Shown: positions 15,528-23,376, counted from the first letter of the stretch. The stretch: DNA of 24,000 nt from Lachnospirales bacterium (GCA_051892075.1 JBJFFW010000068.1:1-24000); one strand, 5' to 3'. The notes: generated by a model from the sequence alone, not told the origin. Numbers and translations: made by a program.

Positions 15528-17729
15528 ATGTTAGTAAAAAAAATTGTAGGATTAACAGTATTTTTATTGTGTGGTTTAATGACAAATTACACTTTATACG
15601 GAAATGAATTATTAAATACCGATTATGGGTATGTAAATTTGGAAAATTCACATATAAATAAAGATATTACTGAATTTGAAAGTACAAATAATAGTATAAT
15701 GTTACTTTCTGATGATATAAATTCGGATTTTGATATTAAAAATATATATTCAAGAAATAATAATGTAAAGGCACTTCTTTTTAAATATAATGGAATTAAT
15801 TATCCTGATAATATGAGTGTATCAATTAACGGAAATGATTTTAAAATAAAATCTCAGCCTGATGAAAAGGGTTATGTATATGAATATTTTGATGATAATG
15901 AAGTGGTTTTAAGTGGTTCTGCCCTAGAAATAAACTTTAATTTAGCTGATAATTCAACTGATATAATAAGTAAAAATACAGTGGAGATTGTGGAAGCTAA
16001 TGAGGGAGAATGGGAAACATCAGAAGACGGACATACTCTTTATACATACAATGGAAGTTTAACAGATATAGTTGTACCTAATTTTTATAATGGAAATATT
16101 ATAACAACTGTAGGTGGAAATGCTGTAAATGGAGAATATGAAAATATTATTTATGGCAATTCTAATTTAACAGGTATAAACAGTGTAGTTATTTCAGAGG
16201 GTATTTTAAATATAGGACATTTTGCTTTTTATGATATTAATACACTTACAACTGCAAAATTAACAGATACCATAGAGCAAATAGGAGCTGCTTCATTTGC
16301 ATATACTTCTCTTTCAGATGATGTTATTATACCTGAGAACACAAAAGATATTTATACTTATGCTTTTAGAAATTCAAATATTAAATCAGTTAAATTTAAT
16401 AATATTTTAGAGAGAATAGGTACTCAGGCTTTTTTTAACTGCTCAAATTTAACTTGTGAGTTAGATTTTCCAAATACACTTAATTATATTGGAGATGCAG
16501 CTTTTTATGGCTGTATTAAAATAACAGGTTCTATAACAATTCCCGGTGGTGTGGAAAGAGTTGGGGAATGTGCTTTTTATCATTGTAAGTCTTTAAATGG
16601 TTCAGTTATATTTGAAGAAGGTGTAAGTGAAATTGGAGATTTTGCTTTTTCCTCAGATTCAGGCTATATGACAAATATAAATAAAATAGTATTTCCAAAT
16701 TCATTAAAAAAAATAGGCTGTTTTGCTTTTCAGTATGCTACAAAGGTAACAGAGTTTAATTTAGTTGAGGGTCTTGAGGTGATATCTGACGGAGCTTTTA
16801 ATCATATGACAGGAATAAACAATACTGAAATTATAATTCCTTCTACTGTTAGTATAATTGGTGGAGATTATGGTGTTGAAGAAAATACAGGATATGGCTG
16901 TCATGTTTTTTATGATTTAGGAAAAAATACAAATTTTACTGAATTTAAAGTCGCCTATGGAAATAATTATTTTACAGCTTTAGACGGAGTTTTATATTCA
17001 AAGGATATGACAAGAATGGTTGCTTATCCAAGAGGCAAAACTGATACTGTATTTGAAATTCCTGAGGGGATTACACAAATTGACGAAATGGCTTTTTCAA
17101 GGGCAGCTTATCTTAAAAAGCTTGTTTTACCAGATAGCTATATAATAAGTATTGATGTTCCCGAAAATGTTTTAAACCAAAGCGGAAATAGTTTATCTGT
17201 TGCTATATATTGCTATACTGCCATAAATGAAATAGCTCTAAAGGATACTAATTCTAATTATGTGACAGTTGACGGCATACTTTATTCTAAGGATATGAAA
17301 AGCCTTTGGTATGTGCCATGTCAGTATGAGGGTAGTGTAAATATAATAGATGGTACTGAAAATATGGAAAAAGGCTGTATATTTTTTGGAAAAGGAAATG
17401 TAAAATGGGAAAATGTAAATATTCCAAAATCCGTAATATTTTTAAATGAATATCCTATGGCTTATTTAAACGAGTATTTTGCAGGAAATGTAATTATTAA
17501 TGAGAGCATATATTATAAAATAAATTCTGATGATAATAAAATTGTTGAAATACCTTTCACCTATGGTGATGTAGATATGAATGAAATTATAGATAAAAAA
17601 GATGCTTCATTTGTACTTAAATATGTTTCGGATATCAATTATGACAGCATTTTTAATAGAAAAGCTGCTGATTATAATAATGACGGTTTAATTGATTTAA
17701 AAGATGTTGTAAAAATCATATTAGGTTAG
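15528..17729 (+). CDS. Secreted BspA-type leucine-rich-repeat protein with a C-terminal type I dockerin-like module, 733 aa
   Basis: Signal-peptide-like N-terminus MLVKKIVGLTVFLLCGLMTNYTLYG. There are many repeats of the form 'I.IP..V..IG..AF..C..L', e.g. 'ITIPGGVERVGECAFYHCKSLNGSV'. The last ~65 aa carry two Ca-binding-loop-like segments, 'DVDMNEIIDKKD' and 'DYNNDGLIDLKD'. Confidence 0.8.
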   Translation: MLVKKIVGLTVFLLCGLMTNYTLYGNELLNTDYGYVNLENSHINKDITEFESTNNSIMLLSDDINSDFDIKNIYSRNNNVKALLFKYNGINYPDNMSVSINGNDFKIKSQPDEKGYVYEYFDDNEVVLSGSALEINFNLADNSTDIISKNTVEIVEANEGEWETSEDGHTLYTYNGSLTDIVVPNFYNGNIITTVGGNAVNGEYENIIYGNSNLTGINSVVISEGILNIGHFAFYDINTLTTAKLTDTIEQIGAASFAYTSLSDDVIIPENTKDIYTYAFRNSNIKSVKFNNILERIGTQAFFNCSNLTCELDFPNTLNYIGDAAFYGCIKITGSITIPGGVERVGECAFYHCKSLNGSVIFEEGVSEIGDFAFSSDSGYMTNINKIVFPNSLKKIGCFAFQYATKVTEFNLVEGLEVISDGAFNHMTGINNTEIIIPSTVSIIGGDYGVEENTGYGCHVFYDLGKNTNFTEFKVAYGNNYFTALDGVLYSKDMTRMVAYPRGKTDTVFEIPEGITQIDEMAFSRAAYLKKLVLPDSYIISIDVPENVLNQSGNSLSVAIYCYTAINEIALKDTNSNYVTVDGILYSKDMKSLWYVPCQYEGSVNIIDGTENMEKGCIFFGKGNVKWENVNIPKSVIFLNEYPMAYLNEYFAGNVIINESIYYKINSDDNKIVEIPFTYGDVDMNEIIDKKDASFVLKYVSDINYDSIFNRKAADYNNDGLIDLKDVVKIILG

Positions 17730-17739
17730 GAGGTTTTTT

Positions 17740-18222
17740 ATGGAGGATAATTATAGATTAGAAAAGGCTCTTGAATTTGCAACAAAAAAACACAAGGGTC
17801 AATTTAGAATTGGAGGAGAGGAGTATATAACTCATCCCATAGCTGTTTGTCAAATAGTAAAAAATATGGGATATGATACCAATTATCAGATAACTGCTCT
17901 ATTTCACGATTTACTTGAAGATACTGATGCTACAGAAGAAGAAATATTAAAGTTTGGTAATAATGAAATTTTACAGGCTGTGAAGCTTCTTACTAAGGTA
18001 AAGCCTTATAATATGAAAGATTATACGGAAAATATCAAAAAAAATAATATGGCTTATATTGTTAAGGGAGCTGACAGACTTCATAATTTAAGAAGTGCCA
18101 TTTGTGCTGATGATAATTTTAAAAGAAGATATATTTTAGAAACATATAATTGGTATATGGATTTTTCAAAGGAAATACCAAAGGCATTAAAAGAACTTGA
18201 AAAAAGTCTTGAAAAAATGTAA
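17740..18222 (+). CDS. Single-domain RelA/SpoT-type HD hydrolase (small alarmone hydrolase-like), 160 aa
   Basis: AGGAGG RBS; the start lies 10 nt after the LRR gene stop. Motifs: 'KHKGQFRIGGEEYITHPIAV', 'LFHDLLEDT', 'GADRLHNLRS'. This is the His...HD...ED...D..N pattern of (p)ppGpp hydrolase domains. No synthetase or regulatory domains are present. Confidence 0.75.
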   Translation: MEDNYRLEKALEFATKKHKGQFRIGGEEYITHPIAVCQIVKNMGYDTNYQITALFHDLLEDTDATEEEILKFGNNEILQAVKLLTKVKPYNMKDYTENIKKNNMAYIVKGADRLHNLRSAICADDNFKRRYILETYNWYMDFSKEIPKALKELEKSLEKM

Positions 18223-18317
18223 AAAGTTATTTTACATAGTCCTTTTTATTGTACACCGTTTATAGTATATTTTACTTGTAACAAAGATAAGCATATTTTT
18301 TTCAAGGGGGTTATACT

Positions 18318-18626
18318 ATGGCAGATAACGGATACAGCCGTAAGGATTGGCTTGGAAACATACATCACTATGATAAATATGGTAATGAAACAGGAAAGTC
18401 AAGTCCTAATATTTTTGGTGGCTATACAGACTATGATAAATATGGCAACAAAACAGGCTCTACCTCAAAGGGTTTATTTGGCTATAATCACTATGATAAT
18501 TATGGCAATAAAACAGGCTCAACAAGTAAAGGTCTTTGTGGCTATAATCATTATGATGAAAATGGTAAAAAAACAGGTCATTCTTCTCCTACCCTTTCAG
18601 GCAAATGGGAAAATTATGATGATTAA
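18318..18626 (+). CDS. 102-aa repeat protein built of five YD-containing ~20-aa units; function unknown
   Basis: RBS 'aaggggg' precedes ATG 18318. The repeat 'G-Y-x-H-Y-D-x-Y-G-N-K-T-G-S-T-S-K-G-L-F' occurs with YD at residues 18-19, 39-40, 59-60, 79-80 and 100-101. No signal peptide or hydrophobic segment is present. Confidence 0.65.
   Translation: MADNGYSRKDWLGNIHHYDKYGNETGKSSPNIFGGYTDYDKYGNKTGSTSKGLFGYNHYDNYGNKTGSTSKGLCGYNHYDENGKKTGHSSPTLSGKWENYDD
18354..18623 (+). repeat. Imperfect tandem repeats of 60-63 bp (coding) within the 102-aa gene
   Basis: The string 'ggctataatca(c/t)tatgat(a/g)a...aaaacaggc' recurs at a 60-bp period. The copies have diverged at synonymous and a few non-synonymous sites. 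Confidence 0.8.
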
Positions 18627-18795
18627 TATTTTAGGGGTATAGATATGTAGAGTTTGGTTTTATGATGATAAGAGGGGATAATATAAAAAATAGGAACATT
18701 CATAGGTTTTATTATATTAAGTATTGGACTTGTAAAATATTTATTAGAGCCTACCTATCTAGCTATTAAAGATTTTTTCTTATCAAAGAAAAAGA

Positions 18796-18840
18796 ATTGG
18801 GGTTGTAGGGATAAACACCCTAAAACAACCCCAATTTTAT
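18796..18840. terminator. Bidirectional intrinsic terminator between convergent genes
   Basis: Stem aattggggttgt (18796-18807) / acaaccccaatt (18825-18836) with an inner aggg/ccct extension. The sequence is T-rich on the plus side (attttatttt) and A-rich upstream, so it can serve both strands. Confidence 0.75.
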
Positions 18841-18841
18841 T

Positions 18842-19507
18842 TTATTTATTATTAAGAGATAACTCAAGATTATCAAGCTCATTGTTATATGCAAAATTAG
18901 AATCCATAACAGAAGTGGTATCTGTATTTAAGAAAATTTCAACATTGGCACTTAAACCCTCCTCAATATTAGTAAGAAGTGCAATATCATCATCACTTGC
19001 CAAGTCATTATTTTCATACATTCTGTTTCGGCAGTCATTAAGTCTTGTGTAAGAATTTATTAAATTTATGGCTGTATTAACATAGGTTTTTTCTTCATTT
19101 GTTTTAGCAAGAGATTTAGAACTTGAAAGAATATTTTGTCCGTTTCCATTAGCACCGGAATTACAGTTATCCCTTACAGCATCGCAAACATCAATAAAAA
19201 TTTCATTGCTTACATTTTCAACAGGTGAAGGCTTACTTATTTCAGGGTTATAATCTTCGTCTGTTTTGTCAGAATTTTTATTTTCTTTTTTGTCATTGTT
19301 ATCATTTTTAGTGACAGGGTGTATAATTTCATCATCAGTTGAAATTTCTGTACTTTCTTCTTCACTAAAAATTTTTCTAACATCAAAAACTTCCACAGTC
19401 GTTTCTTCTGTAGTAGATGTAGAGCTTTCCATATTTTCATCATCATTAATACTTCCGCAGCCTGTAAGCATAAGACCACATACCAAAAAGACCAAAAACT
19501 TTTTCAT
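18842..19507 (-). CDS. Acidic lipoprotein of unknown function, 221 aa
   Basis: Lipobox in 'MKKFLVFLVCGLMLTGCGS'. A long acidic low-complexity linker rich in E, D, T and N is followed by a ~110-aa C-terminal region with three Cys. The start codon shares one nucleotide with the upstream stop (TAATG), and GGAGGT sits just upstream. Confidence 0.7.
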   Translation of the reverse strand: MKKFLVFLVCGLMLTGCGSINDDENMESSTSTTEETTVEVFDVRKIFSEEESTEISTDDEIIHPVTKNDNNDKKENKNSDKTDEDYNPEISKPSPVENVSNEIFIDVCDAVRDNCNSGANGNGQNILSSSKSLAKTNEEKTYVNTAINLINSYTRLNDCRNRMYENNDLASDDDIALLTNIEEGLSANVEIFLNTDTTSVMDSNFAYNNELDNLELSLNNK

Positions 19508-21438
19508 TATAAGCTACCTCCTAATCTGCACTTTATAATATAAATAGGATTTTCTGCCATAAGCATTGTAATATCACCTACAGCTTTGCCTCTTGAAACC
19601 ATTACTTGTTTTATATTATACTCAAATTTGTATAATTTTGCAAGGTCTAACATTTTGACAATATTTTCAATGGCTATTGCCGTCATAACAATAGTTTTTA
19701 CTTTCTTTTCCATAAGAAGTCTTACAATTTCTTCAAGTTCTCCCTTACTTCCACCTATAAAGGCACTGTCACAATCAGGCAAAAGAGGAATTGCATCTTT
19801 AGCCATACCCTTTATAATTTCCAAATTGTTAATATTAAATCTGTTGGCATTTTTATTTATAAGCTCTACAGCTTCTTCATTACATTCAATGGCATAAACA
19901 ATTCCCGAAGTTAAATTTTTAGCACAGCTTATACTTATTGAGCCTGTGCCTGCACCTATGTCATATACAATGGAATTTGTTTTTAAATCAAGTTCAGATA
20001 ACACAAGAGTTCTGATTTCAGATTTTGTCATAGGCACATTTCCTCTTATAAATTTATCATCTTCAATTAACATATTAAGAGGTTTGCCATAGTTTAGATT
20101 TTCAACATACATTATTGAAACATTGTCAAATTCCTTGTCTTTAAATTCATCGGGAAAACCTGCATAAATTTTTTCATCATCATAGGATAATCTCTCACCA
20201 ATACAAATATGAAGCTTGTCCATATTATTATCTAAAAATCCTTGGCAAATTTCACCTATATTTCCTGATGTTAAAATAAACACAGATTTATTTTCTTTAA
20301 CTGTATTTATATAATCTTCATATCTTCCATGTAAAGATACAACCTTAGAATTTGCCCAGCTAATTCCAAGTTTGGAGGCAAGATATGTTACAGAAGAAAT
20401 ACCTTGTATAATTCTAACATCATATCCTTTAAGAAGTTTTGACAAATTAATAGCTCCACTATAAATACACACATCACCTGAAAATACAACGGCTATTTTA
20501 TTATAGTTTTTAAGCTCTATAATTTCCTTTATTTTTTCGCTGTTGTATTCATAACATATATCTTTACCCTTTGTGTTTACGGCATCAATCATTCTTTTAG
20601 AGCCTATTATAAATTCAGAATTTTCTATTGCTTTACAAGCCTCAAGGGTCATAGTGTCAGGATTTCCAAGACCTATTCCTACAATATAAATTCTTTTTTG
20701 CTCCATTACCTCGTCTATTATGCTGTAAACCTCATTAGCCTTATAGCCTTCTTCAACAGGTCTTTTTATAACAATCATTGCTGCGTTTTCACTTCGGCAA
20801 GCATAATATTTTTCAGTAAAACCACCTGCTTCACCGGACTCTTTTGAAATAAGATACTTAATTTTATATCTGTTAATATGCTCAATATTATCTTTAGCTG
20901 TAAAAGGACCTTTTTCTGCAATAATATTTTCTCTTAAAAAGCCAAGTTCCAAAGCCTTTTTAATATTTTCCTCATCAGGCAACATTCTTATAACACATCT
21001 GTTTTTATAATCTTTAATTTGAGTATATTTTTCAATATCCTTTGAGCCTGTTGTAATAAGTACATTTGCCTTGGTTTTATTTACAATGGATATAGCTTTT
21101 TCAATATTATCGGCATAAAGAGCCTTTACCTTTGGAGCTTCCTCTCTTAAAAGCCTTATATACTTTTCTTTTGAAAGCTCCTTTAGGTTTTTGCTTATTT
21201 CAGCAGCATAAGGATGAGTTGCATCTACTATACAAAATGGGTCAAGTCTTTTAATTTCTTTTGCTATTTCATCTTTGTCAAGTCTTCCGCTGTGTATTCT
21301 TATATTTTTACTTTCAGGCAAAAGCTCCCCACCATATTCCGTAGCTGTATATACATCAATTAAAATATTCTCATTTTCATATTTTTCACAAAGTTCTCTG
21401 CCCTCTGTAGTACCGGCAAATAACATAATATTTATCAT
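19507..21438 (-). CDS. Triple fusion: CbiJ/CobK-like cobalt-precorrin-6A reductase, CbiE methyltransferase and CbiT decarboxylating methyltransferase, 643 aa
   Basis: The N-terminus 'MLFAGTTEGRELCE' with ~245 aa is CbiJ-like. The middle 'RIYIVGIGLGNPDTMTLEACKAIENSEFIIGSKR' is a tetrapyrrole methylase, CbiE-like. The C-terminus 'FIRGNVPMTKSEIRTLVLSEL...VYDIGAGTGSISI' is CbiT-like. The start forms an ATGA overlap with the cbiH stop. Confidence 0.8.
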   Translation of the reverse strand: MINIMLFAGTTEGRELCEKYENENILIDVYTATEYGGELLPESKNIRIHSGRLDKDEIAKEIKRLDPFCIVDATHPYAAEISKNLKELSKEKYIRLLREEAPKVKALYADNIEKAISIVNKTKANVLITTGSKDIEKYTQIKDYKNRCVIRMLPDEENIKKALELGFLRENIIAEKGPFTAKDNIEHINRYKIKYLISKESGEAGGFTEKYYACRSENAAMIVIKRPVEEGYKANEVYSIIDEVMEQKRIYIVGIGLGNPDTMTLEACKAIENSEFIIGSKRMIDAVNTKGKDICYEYNSEKIKEIIELKNYNKIAVVFSGDVCIYSGAINLSKLLKGYDVRIIQGISSVTYLASKLGISWANSKVVSLHGRYEDYINTVKENKSVFILTSGNIGEICQGFLDNNMDKLHICIGERLSYDDEKIYAGFPDEFKDKEFDNVSIMYVENLNYGKPLNMLIEDDKFIRGNVPMTKSEIRTLVLSELDLKTNSIVYDIGAGTGSISISCAKNLTSGIVYAIECNEEAVELINKNANRFNINNLEIIKGMAKDAIPLLPDCDSAFIGGSKGELEEIVRLLMEKKVKTIVMTAIAIENIVKMLDLAKLYKFEYNIKQVMVSRGKAVGDITMLMAENPIYIIKCRLGGSL

Positions 21439-22154
21439 ATTTTATATCCCCTTGGTGTTACCATTTTCCCTTTAATGTTAATGGTAGTTGAATTTCCAAT
21501 AAAAACTGTTGTAAACATATCTGCATTAAAATCTCTTAACTTAGAAAGGGTCAAAACCTTAGCTTCTTCGCCCTTTCTTGAAATATTTTTAACATATCCG
21601 CATACAGTATCTTCTTTTTGATATTTTAAAATTATATCACAGGCTTTTTTCAAATAATCAGCTCTTTTTTTACTTGACGGATTGTAAATAACAATAGGCA
21701 TATCAGCCATGGCACAGGCTTCAATTCTTTTCATAATAAGATTTAAAGGTGTAAGTAAATCACTAAGGCTTATTATGGCAAAATCGTGATTTATTGGAGC
21801 CCCAAGAAGGCTTGCACCACTTATGGCAGCCGTTATACCACACACAACCTCAATTTCAATGTCATAATCTTTGCAAAGCTCATAAAGAAGTGATGCCATA
21901 CCATAAACACCACTATCACCACTTGATACTACACATACATCTAATCCCTCTAAAGCTTTTTCCACAGCAAAACTGCATCTTTCAACTTCTTTAGTCATAG
22001 GAGTTTCAAAAAAATTAGCATTTTTAAAATCATTTTTTATTAACTCAATATAAGTTGTATAACCTACAACCAAATCACAATTTTCAATTACTTCTATTGC
22101 TCTTGGTGTCATTGTGGTTTTTCCACCTGCACCAAGTCCTACTGCATATAACAT
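21435..22154 (-). CDS. cbiH: Cobalt-precorrin-3B / cobalt-factor III C17-methyltransferase
   Basis: 'MLYAVGLGAGGKTTMTPRAIEVIENCDLVVGYTTY' and 'VVSSGDSGVYGMASL' are typical of CbiH/CobJ tetrapyrrole methylases. The gene lies between cbiG and cbiJ-E-T. Confidence 0.85.
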   Translation of the reverse strand: MLYAVGLGAGGKTTMTPRAIEVIENCDLVVGYTTYIELIKNDFKNANFFETPMTKEVERCSFAVEKALEGLDVCVVSSGDSGVYGMASLLYELCKDYDIEIEVVCGITAAISGASLLGAPINHDFAIISLSDLLTPLNLIMKRIEACAMADMPIVIYNPSSKKRADYLKKACDIILKYQKEDTVCGYVKNISRKGEEAKVLTLSKLRDFNADMFTTVFIGNSTTINIKGKMVTPRGYKI

Positions 22155-22162
22155 ATTCTACC

Positions 22163-23131
22163 TCATATTTTAGCAACTGCTAAAGTTACTCCCTCATAAA
22201 TTTGTTTTGGAACAATAAGCTTACCCCCTTTAGCAAGAGCTGCTCTCTCACATACACAGTCAAGTCCTATTGTTTTTTCTACAAATTCAGAGTGAGAAAA
22301 ATTGCCATTAATTTTTCCTAAATAGTTTATTGAATAAGTTGCAAAAGTTACATCAAGATTTTCTGCAAGCTTCATAATTCCAATTTCATTAGCCTTAACA
22401 CTTACACTTGAAATCATTTTAACAGAATCGGGATTAAGATTATATTCATTAAAAAGTCTGTCAAAAGCCTCTTTAATTTTTTCAAAAGGAGTATCTTTTT
22501 TACAGCCTACGCCTACAACAAGACATTTTTTTGCAAGAATAAGAGTTTTCTTAAAAGGTTTTTCTATTGTGTGACCTAAAAAAATCCCAATTTTACAATC
22601 CTTACTATCACATAAGCCATCAGGACACTTTATATCTCCCACAAATCCAACTCTATCTCCATTTACAACGGCTGATGAAACTTCCTTAGCCATTTTCATA
22701 TCTTTTAAAACAAATTTGTTTTTCTTAGCCCACATATCAACGGCAAATCTGTCTAACACATCTGTAGCTGTTGTAATAATGGCAGTACCCTTTGTTTTTT
22801 TTGCAATTTTTTTTGCAAGGTCATTTGCTCCGCCAATATGACCTGATAAAAGAGAAATAACATAATTCCCCTTTTCATCACATACTACAACGGCAGGGTC
22901 ATTTATTTTGTTAGATACATAAGGAGCAATGGCCCTTACTGCAATTCCACAGGCTGAAATAAATATAATTCCCCTATATTTTTCCCAGCACATAGCCATA
23001 ATTTCTTTAATAGAGTGAAAACTGTTTTTATCATCACTATATTTAAAATAAGTAAACACATCACCTATATTTAATTTTTTTGCAAGCTCAATGCCCTTTG
23101 CCGTAAAGGCAATAACACAAACATTATCCAT
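22163..23131 (-). CDS. cbiG: Cobalt-precorrin-5A hydrolase
   Basis: It has the two-domain CbiG layout. The N-terminal part contains 'GIIFISACGIAVRAIAP' and 'VVVCDEKGNYVISLLSGHIGGAN'. The C-terminal part contains 'VVGVGCKKDTPFEKI' and 'GLDCVCERAALA'. Confidence 0.85.
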   Translation of the reverse strand: MDNVCVIAFTAKGIELAKKLNIGDVFTYFKYSDDKNSFHSIKEIMAMCWEKYRGIIFISACGIAVRAIAPYVSNKINDPAVVVCDEKGNYVISLLSGHIGGANDLAKKIAKKTKGTAIITTATDVLDRFAVDMWAKKNKFVLKDMKMAKEVSSAVVNGDRVGFVGDIKCPDGLCDSKDCKIGIFLGHTIEKPFKKTLILAKKCLVVGVGCKKDTPFEKIKEAFDRLFNEYNLNPDSVKMISSVSVKANEIGIMKLAENLDVTFATYSINYLGKINGNFSHSEFVEKTIGLDCVCERAALAKGGKLIVPKQIYEGVTLAVAKI

Positions 23132-23160
23132 AAACTTACCCCCGTATACATATTAATTAT

Positions 23161-23189
23161 AGTATACCTTTTTTAATGATTTAAGTCAA
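23161..23189 (-). promoter_or_regulatory. Near-consensus sigma-A promoter for cbiG-cbiH-cbiJET-lipoprotein
   Basis: On the minus strand: -35 'ttgact' (23189-23184), a 17-nt spacer, then -10 'tatact' (23166-23161). This leaves only ~25-30 nt of 5' UTR before ATG 23131, with a 'ggggg' RBS. Confidence 0.55.
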
Positions 23190-23263
23190 TATAGTAGAAA
23201 TTGGTAAAATAAAATCAAACAAGGAAAAAACACTAAAAATATTAAATATTTTTTATAAAATTA

Positions 23264-23292
23264 TTGACATAAGGCTTATTCTGTGTTATACT
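23264..23292 (+). promoter_or_regulatory. Consensus-like sigma-A promoter for the rplU operon
   Basis: -35 'ttgaca' (23264-23269), a 17-nt spacer, an extended -10 TG (23284-23285), then 'tatact' (23287-23292). Confidence 0.7.
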
Positions 23293-23376
23293 TCGTATGT
23301 TATGCCGCACGAGTAGGTTTAAAGTTGGCTTGTCCACACCAAATTCGGCGAGTTCTCTATAAGGAGGTGTACGAGG
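23293..23376 (+). promoter_or_regulatory. Possible ribosomal protein L21 leader (autoregulatory 5' UTR)
   Basis: An ~85-nt GC-enriched leader lies between the promoter and rplU. 'acacc' (23336-23340) can pair with 'ggtgt' in the RBS region (aaggaggtgtac). An L21 leader RNA is known upstream of rplU in Firmicutes. I did not verify the structure. Confidence 0.35.

Noticed and set aside
15466-15651. 61-aa minus-strand ORF spanning the LRR gene promoter and start
   Set aside because: It overlaps the terminator, promoter and signal-peptide codons of well-supported plus-strand features, and it has no RBS.
18354-18623. Possible CRISPR-like or other non-coding tandem array
   Set aside because: The repeats are contiguous with no unique spacers, keep an open reading frame, and vary mainly at codon third positions. 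It is a coding repeat, not a CRISPR array.
18352-18642. 96-aa ORF in an alternative frame over the YD-repeat gene
   Set aside because: It shadows the 60-bp repeat in another frame and has no RBS. Its product is an Ile/Met-rich translation of AT-rich repeat DNA, while the 18318 frame has a strong RBS and a coherent repeat motif.
18627-18795. Possible small gene in the long 3' region after the repeat protein. One candidate is a 35-codon ATG ORF (18662..18769). Another frame from ~18690 reads as a TM-like peptide (IGTFIGFIILSIGLVKYLL...).
   Set aside because: The ATG ORF has no RBS and an implausible composition. The hydrophobic frame has no ATG, GTG or TTG start, only ATA 11 nt after 'agagggga', and it runs into the terminator and the convergent lipoprotein gene. 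The evidence is too weak to call.
19237-21994. Shadow ORFs over the lipoprotein and cbi genes (19237..19479 -, 19266..19538 +, 19586..19897 +, 21275..21475 +, 21794..21994 +)
   Set aside because: They are alternative-frame or antisense reads of genes with strong family motifs, and they lack translation signals.
23132-23263. Expected cobalamin riboswitch upstream of cbiG
   Set aside because: I searched the minus strand of the intergenic region. The leader after the best promoter is only ~25-30 nt, the rest is AT-rich, and it lacks a B12-box-like motif. The absence is reported as a finding rather than as a feature.
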